Below are positions 17,501 to 25,617 of a stretch of 34,365 nt of DNA, piece by piece. Position 1 is the first letter of the stretch, and each line of letters begins with the position of its first letter. The notes under the pieces are model-generated. The model was not told where the DNA came from, searched no databases, and saw only the letters and a program-made list of their open reading frames with translations. The DNA is from a virus (lineage: Duplodnaviria; Caudoviricetes): positions 1 through 34,365 of IMG/VR virus record IMGVR_UViG_3300032270_000715; one strand, written 5' to 3'. The translations under genes were made by a program, and so were the position numbers.

Positions 17501-18774
17501 GGTTGGGTGATCTGCTGGAGGGTGGTGTCGGCAAGGCGGGTGGGCCAGTAGGTGAGGCGTCGGATAGTACCGTTCAGATTTCGCACTCCATCTTGACGAT
17601 CTCCAATTCTTGCTTGAGTTACGGTAGGAATATTACAAGCCGTGTCCAAAGTTTCAGCACTTCCGTTAAAAGATGCGTTTGAATTATTTAACTGATAGCC
17701 GAGAACTTCCTTGATACTCGTGCCAACCGTGAAACCTGAAGGCGTCCAAAGCGCTTGCGCTGTTGTTGCAGTTATTTGAGCAGAAGGGTTTGAAGCACCT
17801 GTTTGATAGATTTCAAACGCGTTAGTATTAGTTCCATTATTAAAACTAAAAACACGCCCTTGCTGACTGTTTGTCGAAGCAGTTCGCAGAAATTGACCAA
17901 ACACCGTCCCTTCCGTCTGGTTATACCAGGAGCTAAAGTTCGACCCGGTAATGCTGGCCACATCTGCGGCGCGGGTTACGGTTGCGGTTGTGGTGGGGAT
18001 GTAGGAGGTGGGAAAAGCGCCAAGTTCATACTGCATACCCCATATTGCAACAATTTTACCCGTGTCTGCGGTGCCTCCATTGTCCGTAGTTACACTACTT
18101 ATGGCAACCGATCTAGATCCAGCGCTAACAGCATCATAAGTATGTGTAACAGACAATCTATAAATATTAGTGCCAACGAGTTGAACGGTTGGGTTTGTTA
18201 TACCATTTAAGGTTCCAAACGCCAAAGTGGAAATATTAAAAAATGCGCTAGTAGAACCTGCCAACGTGCTAAATCTTAAGCGTAAAAAAGCTGAAGTGGT
18301 CAGCAATGTGTTTAAATAAAAACTTAAAGTATAAGAACTGGATGCTGCAACTGTTACGTTTTGAGATGGAGCGGTTGAAGATGTTCCTACCGTAAATTGA
18401 TTACCGGTCAAGGTTCCGTCTGGCGCGGTCCAAGTATTTGTTGTAATGACAGTGCCGGTTCCCGGAGTCCAGGTTGTTGCCAAATCTTCGCTTTGCAGCA
18501 ACAAATTTGTCCTCGCCTCTTCCACCAGCAAGCCAAGGCTTTCACCCGTTGTTGGGTTGTGGTCGAAGCGTGGGGCGTTGGTAGTTGCCGTTTGGATCAG
18601 CCCATCGCTGCCGATGTACGTGCCGCTGCTGGCGCGGGTGAACGAGATCCGGGGGTCAAGGGTCTTTTGCAGAGCAAACCGCAGGTCCAGCGGCGACTGT
18701 TGAAACACGTCCTGGATGGAGCGACGCACCGACCTGGACAACGAGCCGTTCAGCCGCCGCATCAACCGCTCCAT
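17497..18774 (-). CDS. Head spike/fibre-like virion protein with lectin-like domains
   Basis: SFTRASSGTY...APRFDHNPTTGESLGLLVEEARTNLL and ELGAFPTSYIPTT..TVTRAAD flank a low-GC variable domain; the protein is T/S/G-rich. Confidence 0.7.
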   Translation of the reverse strand: MERLMRRLNGSLSRSVRRSIQDVFQQSPLDLRFALQKTLDPRISFTRASSGTYIGSDGLIQTATTNAPRFDHNPTTGESLGLLVEEARTNLLLQSEDLATTWTPGTGTVITTNTWTAPDGTLTGNQFTVGTSSTAPSQNVTVAASSSYTLSFYLNTLLTTSAFLRLRFSTLAGSTSAFFNISTLAFGTLNGITNPTVQLVGTNIYRLSVTHTYDAVSAGSRSVAISSVTTDNGGTADTGKIVAIWGMQYELGAFPTSYIPTTTATVTRAADVASITGSNFSSWYNQTEGTVFGQFLRTASTNSQQGRVFSFNNGTNTNAFEIYQTGASNPSAQITATTAQALWTPSGFTVGTSIKEVLGYQLNNSNASFNGSAETLDTACNIPTVTQARIGDRQDGVRNLNGTIRRLTYWPTRLADTTLQQITQP

Positions 18775-18777
18775 GAA

Positions 18778-19107
18778 TCAACCCTCACGAGATACGGACA
18801 GCCGGAACACGACGCTGGGAGTGCCGCCTGAGAGGCTCACCAAGCGGCCACGAAGGTAAGGCACGGGCACTTGCACCAAGGCATAGCCAGTGGTGCCGTT
18901 AGCGGTGATTGTGGTGTCGACGTTGTTGGAGTCCAAGTTGAACCAGTTCGTGGCATCAACGGACCCCTCAAGGCGGATCACGACGTTGGTGCCAATGGAC
19001 GACACCGTGACCGAAAACACGGCGTTGTCGGCCGATTCACCACCCGCAAAGCCAGTGACGCCTGCCGACGTCAGAGTGCCAAGGGTCGAAACGATTGGTG
19101 AAGACAT
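18778..19107 (-). CDS. Small beta-rich virion protein (candidate spike base)
   Basis: MSSPIVSTLG...VVIRLEGSVDATNWFNL...YLRGRLVS, a jelly-roll-like pattern; ATG 7 nt after the upstream stop. Confidence 0.6.
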   Translation of the reverse strand: MSSPIVSTLGTLTSAGVTGFAGGESADNAVFSVTVSSIGTNVVIRLEGSVDATNWFNLDSNNVDTTITANGTTGYALVQVPVPYLRGRLVSLSGGTPSVVFRLSVSREG

Positions 19108-19114
19108 GGCAGCA

Positions 19115-19528
19115 TCAAGCGGCGTAGGTGTCGATGACAGCAAAATTGATGGTCACTGCTTCCGACAGGGACCCGCCGCTGGTGTTGGACAGCCGGACGA
19201 CGCAGGTGCCAGCCCCAACGGAGACGACGTGGGTCTGGTACGAACCAGCGGTACCACCGGATCCCTGGTTGGCGATGACGACGTCGGTGGCGCTGATGGC
19301 GCTGTTGGTCATCGTGAACTGGATGGCCGTGCTGGAGGCCAGGGCAGCGTTGTGCGTGGTGACGACGCCGGCCTTGGCGTTCAGGGTGACCGCGGTGGTC
19401 TTGCTGGTGAGCTGAGTGACCGTGCCAAAAGCGGCAGGGCCAAAACCAATGGCAGGGGCAGCAGCAATCGTGTTGTTGGTAGCAGTCGAGATGTAGAACC
19501 CAGACGGGATGTCAGAAGGATCAGGCAT
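19115..19528 (-). CDS. Putative capsid decoration/minor virion protein
   Basis: GTVTQLTSKTTAVTLNAKAGVVT...LSEAVTINFAVI, a T/A/S-rich structural protein type I recall from cyanophages. Confidence 0.6.
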   Translation of the reverse strand: MPDPSDIPSGFYISTATNNTIAAAPAIGFGPAAFGTVTQLTSKTTAVTLNAKAGVVTTHNAALASSTAIQFTMTNSAISATDVVIANQGSGGTAGSYQTHVVSVGAGTCVVRLSNTSGGSLSEAVTINFAVIDTYAA

Positions 19529-19534
19529 GGGGTA

Positions 19535-19783
19535 TTAGGCGACCTTGCGCCGGGGCATCTGCACAATCTTATCCATATCCGGCAACGACGCCACCAGGTC
19601 TCCAAAACTGGTGCCAGCAACAGGTTGAGCTGAGATGCCGTTGTCCTTCAGAAACTGGCGAAGGATGTTGAGCTCAGCGGTGCTGATCGAACCATCATCC
19701 AGCCTGGACTTCAGGTGCCAGGCCAGGTCGGTGTGAAGGTCCGACAGGACCCTGGAGGCTTCGGTTTCGTTAGGGCGACCCAT
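19535..19783 (-). CDS. terS: Terminase small subunit (T7 gp18-like)
   Basis: LSDLH...L...AELNILRQFLKDNGI is the gp18-like motif; 82 aa; first gene of the terL operon. Confidence 0.8.
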   Translation of the reverse strand: MGRPNETEASRVLSDLHTDLAWHLKSRLDDGSISTAELNILRQFLKDNGISAQPVAGTSFGDLVASLPDMDKIVQMPRRKVA

Positions 19784-19869
19784 GAGTCAGCAGGTCCAAT
19801 GGGCAAATCGTAGCTCCCCAGGGACCAGTAGTACATATGTGTGCGTGCGTATAGAAGGGGGAATCCAGC

Positions 19870-20030
19870 CCCCTATGGTTAACTATGGTCACCTAAGGGT
19901 AAATAGCTCTCCAAAGGAGAGCGGTTAGGAGGTAAGTCAATACCGATACATGGTTAACCATAGGGGAATATAGTCAACCATAGTTGTTTTATTATTAGTA
20001 CTAATAATAACAAGACATAGTTAACCATAG
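19870..20030. repeat. Cluster of short direct/inverted repeats and palindromes near the probable genome terminus
   Basis: CTATGGTTAAC-type units at 19873, 19883, 19949-19963, 19970-19983 and 20017-20030. A perfect 22-bp palindrome TTATTATTAGTACTAATAATAA lies at 19989-20010 and a hairpin GCTCTCC-AAA-GGAGAGC at 19906-19922. Confidence 0.85.
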
Positions 20031-20405
20031 ACACCTATATCCACCTCACTTGAATTATGGGAGACGTCGTCCAATGGGGGTGGGTGGGGGCGAGTTTTTG
20101 GTGGAAAAATTTGAGGGGGTTGGAATTTGGGCACAAAAATTTGAGGTGCTTACGCATGGGGCGTCGACGGGGCTCACCCCCCATGGGGGGCCTGCGCGCG
20201 CGATCTAGGTGTGTCCAGGGCCAATTTGCGCTGTCCAGGCCATTGGCCAACCCAGTCATGCCAAGGGGTTTGGGGCCCTTGCGTATCTGCATGAATGACA
20301 GGTACGCAGGGCTGGACCAGGGTGGGGATGGGGTTTTGAGAATGATTCTCATTCTCGGCCTGGTCCCCTGAATCACACAGCGCCCCCCAAACTTCCCGGC
20401 CTATG

Positions 20406-20411
20406 TATGAT
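20406..20411 (+). promoter_or_regulatory. Candidate host sigma70 -10 box for the early genes
   Basis: TATGAT about 55 nt upstream of the first early ORF; no clear -35 box. Confidence 0.4.
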
Positions 20412-20466
20412 TGAGAGGCAGCACGGCCACCGCGGCCAAGACTGCAGTTAACCCGCACCTAGACAA

Positions 20467-20661
20467 ATGAAGATCGAGATCGAGCTCACAGCAGATCAAG
20501 AGGTGGCCCTGTCTGACGCCCTATGGGCTCGGGCTGTGACCCTGGCCGACACGTGTCCTGGTTCCGACAAGGCACACGTGATGAACCAGGTGGCCGTCGC
20601 ACTGTTGGAGCTGATGGATTTCCCGACGTCCCAATGGATGCGGGATAGCCAAGGGACTTGA
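20467..20661 (+). CDS. Early hypothetical protein
   Basis: First + strand ORF after the non-coding region; shares the leader CCGCACCTARACAAATGA with the next gene. Confidence 0.65.
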   Translation: MKIEIELTADQEVALSDALWARAVTLADTCPGSDKAHVMNQVAVALLELMDFPTSQWMRDSQGT

Positions 20662-20662
20662 T

Positions 20663-20696
20663 CCCTGCCCGGGGGGCTACGGCCTCCCCTGCAGGG
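20663..20696 (+). promoter_or_regulatory. Intergenic hairpin with CC/CU internal loop (candidate RNase III site)
   Basis: CCCTGC-CC-GGGGGGC-TACG-GCCTCCC-CT-GCAGGG, with a cUACGg tetraloop and no U-tract. Confidence 0.55.
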
Positions 20697-20725
20697 TTCT
20701 CCTGCAATCAACCGCACCTAAACAA

Positions 20726-21022
20726 ATGACCGAAACGACCTACAACGGCTGGCGCAACCGTGCGACCTGGGCCATCGGGTTGCACCTGATGGACACCGTC
20801 ATCGCATGGATCAACGACGACATCGAGGAGTGGGGCAAGGCCGACGACGCAGACGCTGCGGCCCAGTTGTTTCAAGACCTGGTCGACGAACAGCTGGAAC
20901 TGGCTGACCTGCCCGTAGGCGGCCTGATTCTGGACCTTGTCGGCCAGTTCGACATCGACTGGCACGCCCTCGCAAGCCACGCCCTCGACGCATCCGACCT
21001 CCCTTCATTGGTGGCGGCATGA
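20726..21022 (+). CDS. Early acidic hypothetical protein
   Basis: TYNGWRNRATW...IDWHALA, a motif pattern seen in phage early proteins; D/E-rich. Confidence 0.75.
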   Translation: MTETTYNGWRNRATWAIGLHLMDTVIAWINDDIEEWGKADDADAAAQLFQDLVDEQLELADLPVGGLILDLVGQFDIDWHALASHALDASDLPSLVAA

Positions 21023-21156
21023 ACCGCACCCTGCTAATTGCAGGGCTGGCGGTGCTGGGGTCCGCTGTCCTCTGGATGGTGGCCCTGGCCCAGCTGGCCC
21101 AGCCCACGTATCAGATTCCCGATCGATCCACCGCAACCGAGTTTCCAGGACCATGA
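21019..21156 (+). CDS. Small early membrane protein (45 aa)
   Basis: ATGA overlaps at both ends; MNRTLLIAGLAVLGSAVLWMVALAQL is a hydrophobic helix. Confidence 0.6.
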   Translation: MNRTLLIAGLAVLGSAVLWMVALAQLAQPTYQIPDRSTATEFPGP

Positions 21157-21386
21157 CCCAGACCCAACTACAGGCCGAATCAATCCGACGTTGCAACCAC
21201 AAACCCAGCCAGGCCTACGTGCTGTCGCTGCTGTCGGAAAAGAAAAACGGCCAGGCCATGCTGACCAACGTGGGAGACCTATTGCTGGCAGCTCAGCAAC
21301 TACAAGCCGAGGGCTTCATTTCAGCCATCAGCCTGCACCGTTCAGCCATCAGCAACCTAGGTTTCTTCACCGTTACCGCGGCCTAA
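21153..21386 (+). CDS. Early hypothetical protein
   Basis: ATGA overlap; MTQTQLQAES..., 77 aa. Confidence 0.55.
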   Translation: MTQTQLQAESIRRCNHKPSQAYVLSLLSEKKNGQAMLTNVGDLLLAAQQLQAEGFISAISLHRSAISNLGFFTVTAA

Positions 21387-21389
21387 CGA

Positions 21390-21426
21390 CAGCCCGGAGG
21401 GGGGACCTAGTCCCTCTTCCCTGCTG
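21390..21426 (+). promoter_or_regulatory. Intergenic hairpin with CC/CU internal loop (second copy of the architecture)
   Basis: CAGC-CC-GGAGGGGGGAC-CTA-GTCCCTCTTCC-CT-GCTG. Confidence 0.55.
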
Positions 21427-21465
21427 CCCTTAGGCGCAGCACTTAAACCCAAATCACAACAGAAC

Positions 21466-21627
21466 GTGAACAACACCACAGAGCACAGCACCAAGGCCGA
21501 CATAATCACGGCGGCTTTGGAGATCACGGACACGCAGGCCGCGGCCATTGACCGATTGGAGCAGCGCCAGCTGGTCCTCTGGTCCCTAGTCGGGGTGCTG
21601 ACCGTGACCCTGGCCCTCAAAGGCTGA
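21466..21627 (+). CDS. Small early protein with C-terminal transmembrane segment (53 aa)
   Basis: GTG start after an AC-rich leader; STKADIITAALEITD..IDRLEQRQLVLWSLVGVLTVTLAL. Confidence 0.6.
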   Translation: MNNTTEHSTKADIITAALEITDTQAAAIDRLEQRQLVLWSLVGVLTVTLALKG

Positions 21628-21681
21628 TCGCAAACGGGCACCCACTCACCGGTGCCCACCACCCACACAACTAAAAAACCA

Positions 21682-21840
21682 ATGCCAACTGCTTACGAAT
21701 TGATGGAGGCCTACCGATCCTGGTGGCGGGCCAGCTACAGCACCAGCCCGGACTTGCAAGCCGTTGTGTTGGCTGCAGCCTGGGCTGAACATGTGTTGGC
21801 CACGTACCAAACAGGCACGGAGCCAGCCAAGAAATCATGA
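21682..21840 (+). CDS. Early hypothetical protein
   Basis: ATG after an AC-rich leader; ATGA overlap with the next gene. Confidence 0.6.
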   Translation: MPTAYELMEAYRSWWRASYSTSPDLQAVVLAAAWAEHVLATYQTGTEPAKKS

Positions 21841-22142
21841 AACGAGAAGACGTTGTGTTGGCCCGGCTTCGCTCCGACCTGTTGGATGCCATGTGGTTGC
21901 AGTACCCACTGCCGCAGTCACTGGACCAACTTGAGACCGCGGTCCACCTGGCCTACCTGACACGAGAGACGTCGTGGCTGACCGGTGCCATCCGGGCACA
22001 GCTGTCGACATTGAACCAAGCCGAACTCATCAGGCCCTGCACCAAGGGCTACCTACTGACTGAGAAGGGACGACGGGACCGCCAACAGGCAGCCCGGTTC
22101 CTTGGCACCAACGACCAATCCACACCACCAGAGGCCGCATGA
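21837..22142 (+). CDS. Winged helix-turn-helix-like protein
   Basis: QLSTLNQAELI...GYLLTEKG is a wing-like motif. Confidence 0.55.
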   Translation: MKREDVVLARLRSDLLDAMWLQYPLPQSLDQLETAVHLAYLTRETSWLTGAIRAQLSTLNQAELIRPCTKGYLLTEKGRRDRQQAARFLGTNDQSTPPEAA

Positions 22143-22417
22143 CCACAGACATCAACGCCCTGCTCGCAGAACGGGGCAAAACGCACGGCGATTACGTGAC
22201 CCACTCCCTGATCACCCAAGACCTGAAGCGTGTCGTCACTCACCACGTCGCTGGCCTGGACCGCAGGCTCGAAGACGACATGCAAGAGACCCTCGACATG
22301 ATCGCTCACAAGATCGGGCGCATCATTGCCGGGAACGCAGCTGAGCCTGACCACTGGCGTGACATCGCTGGCTACGCACAGCTGGTGGCCAACAGATTGG
22401 AGCGCACCAATGACTGA
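22139..22417 (+). CDS. DUF6378-like phage protein
   Basis: LAERGKTHGDY...HKIGRI..G...DHWRDIAGYA. Confidence 0.8.
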   Translation: MTTDINALLAERGKTHGDYVTHSLITQDLKRVVTHHVAGLDRRLEDDMQETLDMIAHKIGRIIAGNAAEPDHWRDIAGYAQLVANRLERTND

Positions 22418-22670
22418 CCATTTTGTTGACGCCACCAAAAAGGTTTTGATTGTCGACTCGATGGAGACGCTCCCGCTCCGGATGCTCGATGCGTTCTGGT
22501 GCCTGACCAACAACTCGATGACCATCACCAGCCCCGACCGCATGCGGGAAGTGTTGCGCCTGGTGGCCAACGAGGTGGAGACATGGGCGCCCCCGTATTC
22601 CGAGCACAAGATCTGCCACTTGGCAGTGACCGAGGTGGCGCAACGCCTACGGGCAGAGGCAGACCAATGA
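22410..22670 (+). CDS. Hypothetical protein
   Basis: Overlapping start and stop junctions with both neighbours. Confidence 0.55.
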   Translation: MTDHFVDATKKVLIVDSMETLPLRMLDAFWCLTNNSMTITSPDRMREVLRLVANEVETWAPPYSEHKICHLAVTEVAQRLRAEADQ

Positions 22671-22996
22671 GCGGGTTTGGCAGCACCGCAGCGATTGAGA
22701 ACTATCTCATGCTGTGGCGTGAAGAACATGGTGCAAACATAGGCGAGGGGGTGAGTAGAACTTCCGACCCCAAAGCCCACCTCTATGAGATGGTCGTCGA
22801 GTTCAACGGCATGAAACCAATGCGTGAATGGATCCGTGCCATGTCACGTGCCGAGGCTGCAAAGTTTGCGGATAATCGTTACCCAACCGCTACCAAAATC
22901 ACAATCATCACCAAGGATTATGTCAAACAACCTGCCAGAAAACGTGTTCCCAGTGAGCTACGCACCGAGGGAGGAGTCGGGCAACAAGAAGGGTGA
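22667..22996 (+). CDS. Hypothetical protein
   Basis: ATGA overlap; YEMVVEFNGMKPMREWIRAMSRAEAAKFADNRYP. Confidence 0.6.
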   Translation: MSGFGSTAAIENYLMLWREEHGANIGEGVSRTSDPKAHLYEMVVEFNGMKPMREWIRAMSRAEAAKFADNRYPTATKITIITKDYVKQPARKRVPSELRTEGGVGQQEG

Positions 22997-23240
22997 GATC
23001 CTTTGGTACGCCAACGGTCATGGGTGGTACGTCAGTAGGTGGAACCTGGGCTACATGCCACAGACCACACACTGGACGTACATGCCTGAAGATCTGGACA
23101 TACCATCAGATAAAGAGCTACTTAGGCAAGAAGCTTTTTCTGTGTGGCGCAGGGGCAATGTATCTTTCGTCATGAATGAGCGAGAACGATCGATAGCTTG
23201 GCAAGCATTCAATGCAGGCCGGGAGCTTGGCCGACCTTGA
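22920..23240 (+). CDS. Hypothetical protein (DUF551-like THW motif)
   Basis: GEILWY...WYV..W...TTHWTYMPE. Confidence 0.55.
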   Translation: MSNNLPENVFPVSYAPREESGNKKGEILWYANGHGWYVSRWNLGYMPQTTHWTYMPEDLDIPSDKELLRQEAFSVWRRGNVSFVMNERERSIAWQAFNAGRELGRP

Positions 23241-25617
23241 TCGCCAGCTCGCACTCGAGCGGGAGATGCTGCAGATCGGCGCCGACGCATTCGCCAGCCG
23301 GATGAACAAGCGCCGTGAGCAGGGCATGGAATCCCTCTCCACCCATGGCGACGTGCTTGCTGCCATGGGTGTGGACCGGATCATCCGTGACCTGCGTCGC
23401 CATCGCCACGCCATGCGTGATGGCCGGGCTGGCCGTGGCTACGCACACATGGGCCCACTGCTGCAGCTTGCACCCCACAAGGTGGCAGCTGTGTCCATGC
23501 GGGTCATCATCGACCAGTTGACCCAGTCCCCTAAGTTCCAGGCCCTGGCCTATGCCTTGGCCGAACGGCTGTGGCTGGAGACCATGCTCGCCCGTGCCTC
23601 CGAGTACGAGCTGAAGGCCCACCAACGGGTGCGTCGTCGGTTCAAGCAGAAGCGTGCGGATGCCATGCGCATGCGCAACACGGAGGTCTGGACCCCGCAA
23701 GAGAAGCTCAGCGTCGGTGTGTTCCTCGTCCACCTGGTCGAGCAGCACACCGGACTGATCGAGATCTATGCGGAGCGTGGTGCCATGCGTGCGGTGAAGC
23801 GTGTGCGTGGCACCCAGGCAGCCCTCGACTGGGTGCGTGGGGCAGAGGAGCAACAGCGATTGCTGTGCCCCTTTGCCCTGCCGACCGTCATCCCGCCTCG
23901 GAACTGGTCGGATCCCATGACCGGTGGGTACTGGACCGAGGATCTCCCGGGCAACACCCTCTTCAAGGAGAACAACGAACCCATCGCAGCCAGCTCGTCC
24001 GAGTTCGATGCGTTCATGGTGGCGGCCAACCACCAGCAGGGGGTGGGGTGGCGCATCAATGGCTGGATGCTGGACCAGGTCAACCATGCCTGGGATCGGA
24101 ACCTATCCATTGGTGGGCTGCTGCCACGCAGCGGGCACCCCATCCCTCCGTACCCCAAGCACCTGCCCGATGACCACGACGACGTGGCAGCGTGGCGCAT
24201 GACGGCTCGCCGGTTACACGACCGCAACGACCGTGATGCAGCCAAGCGTTTTGCCACGGCCAAGCAGCTGTGGGTGGCACGTCGGCTGGTCAATGAACCA
24301 GTGCTGTACTTCCCAGTGCAGTGTGACTTCAGAGGCAGGTTTTACTACCGACCCCCGTTCCTCAACCCTCAAGCCAACGACGTCGGTCGGTCGTTGCTGC
24401 AGTTCGCTGCTGGCACACCGATCAACACCGAGGCTGAGGCTGACTGGCTCCGGATCCATGGGGCCAACACGTACGGCCACAACAAGCTGACGTGGGCAGA
24501 TCGCATTGACTGGGTACACCAGAACCAACTGCAGATCGAAGCCACTGGCCGGGAGCCCTGGTGCAACCAGGAGTTCTGGGCTGGGGCCAAGGACCCTTGG
24601 CAGTTCCTTGCGTTCTGCCGCACGTACCAGCAATTCAGCCATCACGGGTACGGCTGGGTGTGCCACCACCCTGTCGTCCTGGACTGCACGTGCTCCGGGA
24701 TCCAGCATTACTCGGCGCTGCTCAGGTCCGAGGAGATGGCCGCACTGGTCAACCTCACCCCAAGCGAGGCACCCCGGGACATCTATGCCGTAGTGCTCGA
24801 GCGTGTGTTGGCCCTGGTGCGGGCTGATGCAGCAGGTGGATCAGAGCATGCGACCCGGTGGCTACAGCTGTCCCCTGATCGCACGCTGGCCAAGCCTGTG
24901 GTCATGACCATCCCGTACTCGGCAACGAGGGAGGCCGTCGTCAACTTTTGCTGCGGCTGGGCGCAGGACAGGGCAGAGGAGGTGTTCGGTCGTGACAACT
25001 GGTGCTTCCACAAGGGGGCCATGTCCAGCCACCACTACATGGCAACCATCCTGTACCGGGAGACGTCGGCCCTCATCGCACCAGCCAAGGCAGCGATGTC
25101 GTGGTTCAAGAAGGTTGGCAAGACAGCGGGCAAGCTGGGCCTAGCCCTGCGCTGGACATCACCCTCCGGGGTGCCAGTGATCCAGGAGTACTGGGACTAC
25201 AGCGGGGTGCGGGTGCGCCTGTATCACCTGTCGTCGGTGCCAATGGATCTGCTCACCAACCACCAACCGACCGAGCTCAACGCCAAACGGATGGGCAATG
25301 GGCTTAGCCCTAACGTGATCCACAGCCTTGATGCCAGCCACATGGCTGCCGTCACCATCGAGGCGTTTGCCGCCGGCATCCGCAACCTCGGTGGAATCCA
25401 TGACTGTTTCGCAACGACGCCAGCAGAGATGGCCACACTTCGGACCACAATCCGCAGTACCTTTGCTGGCATGTACGCCCGGGACTGGTTCACGCCCATC
25501 GCTGATGAGCTGACCGACCAGTTCCCACCGGATGTACAGGCCAAACTCCCGCCGCGGCCAAGCCTCGGTGGGTTCGACCCCCAACTTGTAAACAACGCTG
25601 ACTACTTCGTCACATGA
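23212..25617 (+). CDS. Single-subunit T7-like DNA-directed RNA polymerase (alternative start TTG 23227)
   Basis: DFRGRFY, motif A LDCTCSGIQHY, motif B RTLAKPVVMTIPY, SPNVIHSLDASH, motif C IHDCF. Confidence 0.97.
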   Translation: MQAGSLADLDRQLALEREMLQIGADAFASRMNKRREQGMESLSTHGDVLAAMGVDRIIRDLRRHRHAMRDGRAGRGYAHMGPLLQLAPHKVAAVSMRVIIDQLTQSPKFQALAYALAERLWLETMLARASEYELKAHQRVRRRFKQKRADAMRMRNTEVWTPQEKLSVGVFLVHLVEQHTGLIEIYAERGAMRAVKRVRGTQAALDWVRGAEEQQRLLCPFALPTVIPPRNWSDPMTGGYWTEDLPGNTLFKENNEPIAASSSEFDAFMVAANHQQGVGWRINGWMLDQVNHAWDRNLSIGGLLPRSGHPIPPYPKHLPDDHDDVAAWRMTARRLHDRNDRDAAKRFATAKQLWVARRLVNEPVLYFPVQCDFRGRFYYRPPFLNPQANDVGRSLLQFAAGTPINTEAEADWLRIHGANTYGHNKLTWADRIDWVHQNQLQIEATGREPWCNQEFWAGAKDPWQFLAFCRTYQQFSHHGYGWVCHHPVVLDCTCSGIQHYSALLRSEEMAALVNLTPSEAPRDIYAVVLERVLALVRADAAGGSEHATRWLQLSPDRTLAKPVVMTIPYSATREAVVNFCCGWAQDRAEEVFGRDNWCFHKGAMSSHHYMATILYRETSALIAPAKAAMSWFKKVGKTAGKLGLALRWTSPSGVPVIQEYWDYSGVRVRLYHLSSVPMDLLTNHQPTELNAKRMGNGLSPNVIHSLDASHMAAVTIEAFAAGIRNLGGIHDCFATTPAEMATLRTTIRSTFAGMYARDWFTPIADELTDQFPPDVQAKLPPRPSLGGFDPQLVNNADYFVT

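Noticed and set aside
19870-20030. CRISPR-like array
   Set aside because: The units are 10-14 bp, in mixed orientation and irregularly spaced; no cas genes are present.
20035-20458. ORFs in the putative terminal region
   Set aside because: Low-complexity, G/P-rich translations in several frames with no coherent coding signal.
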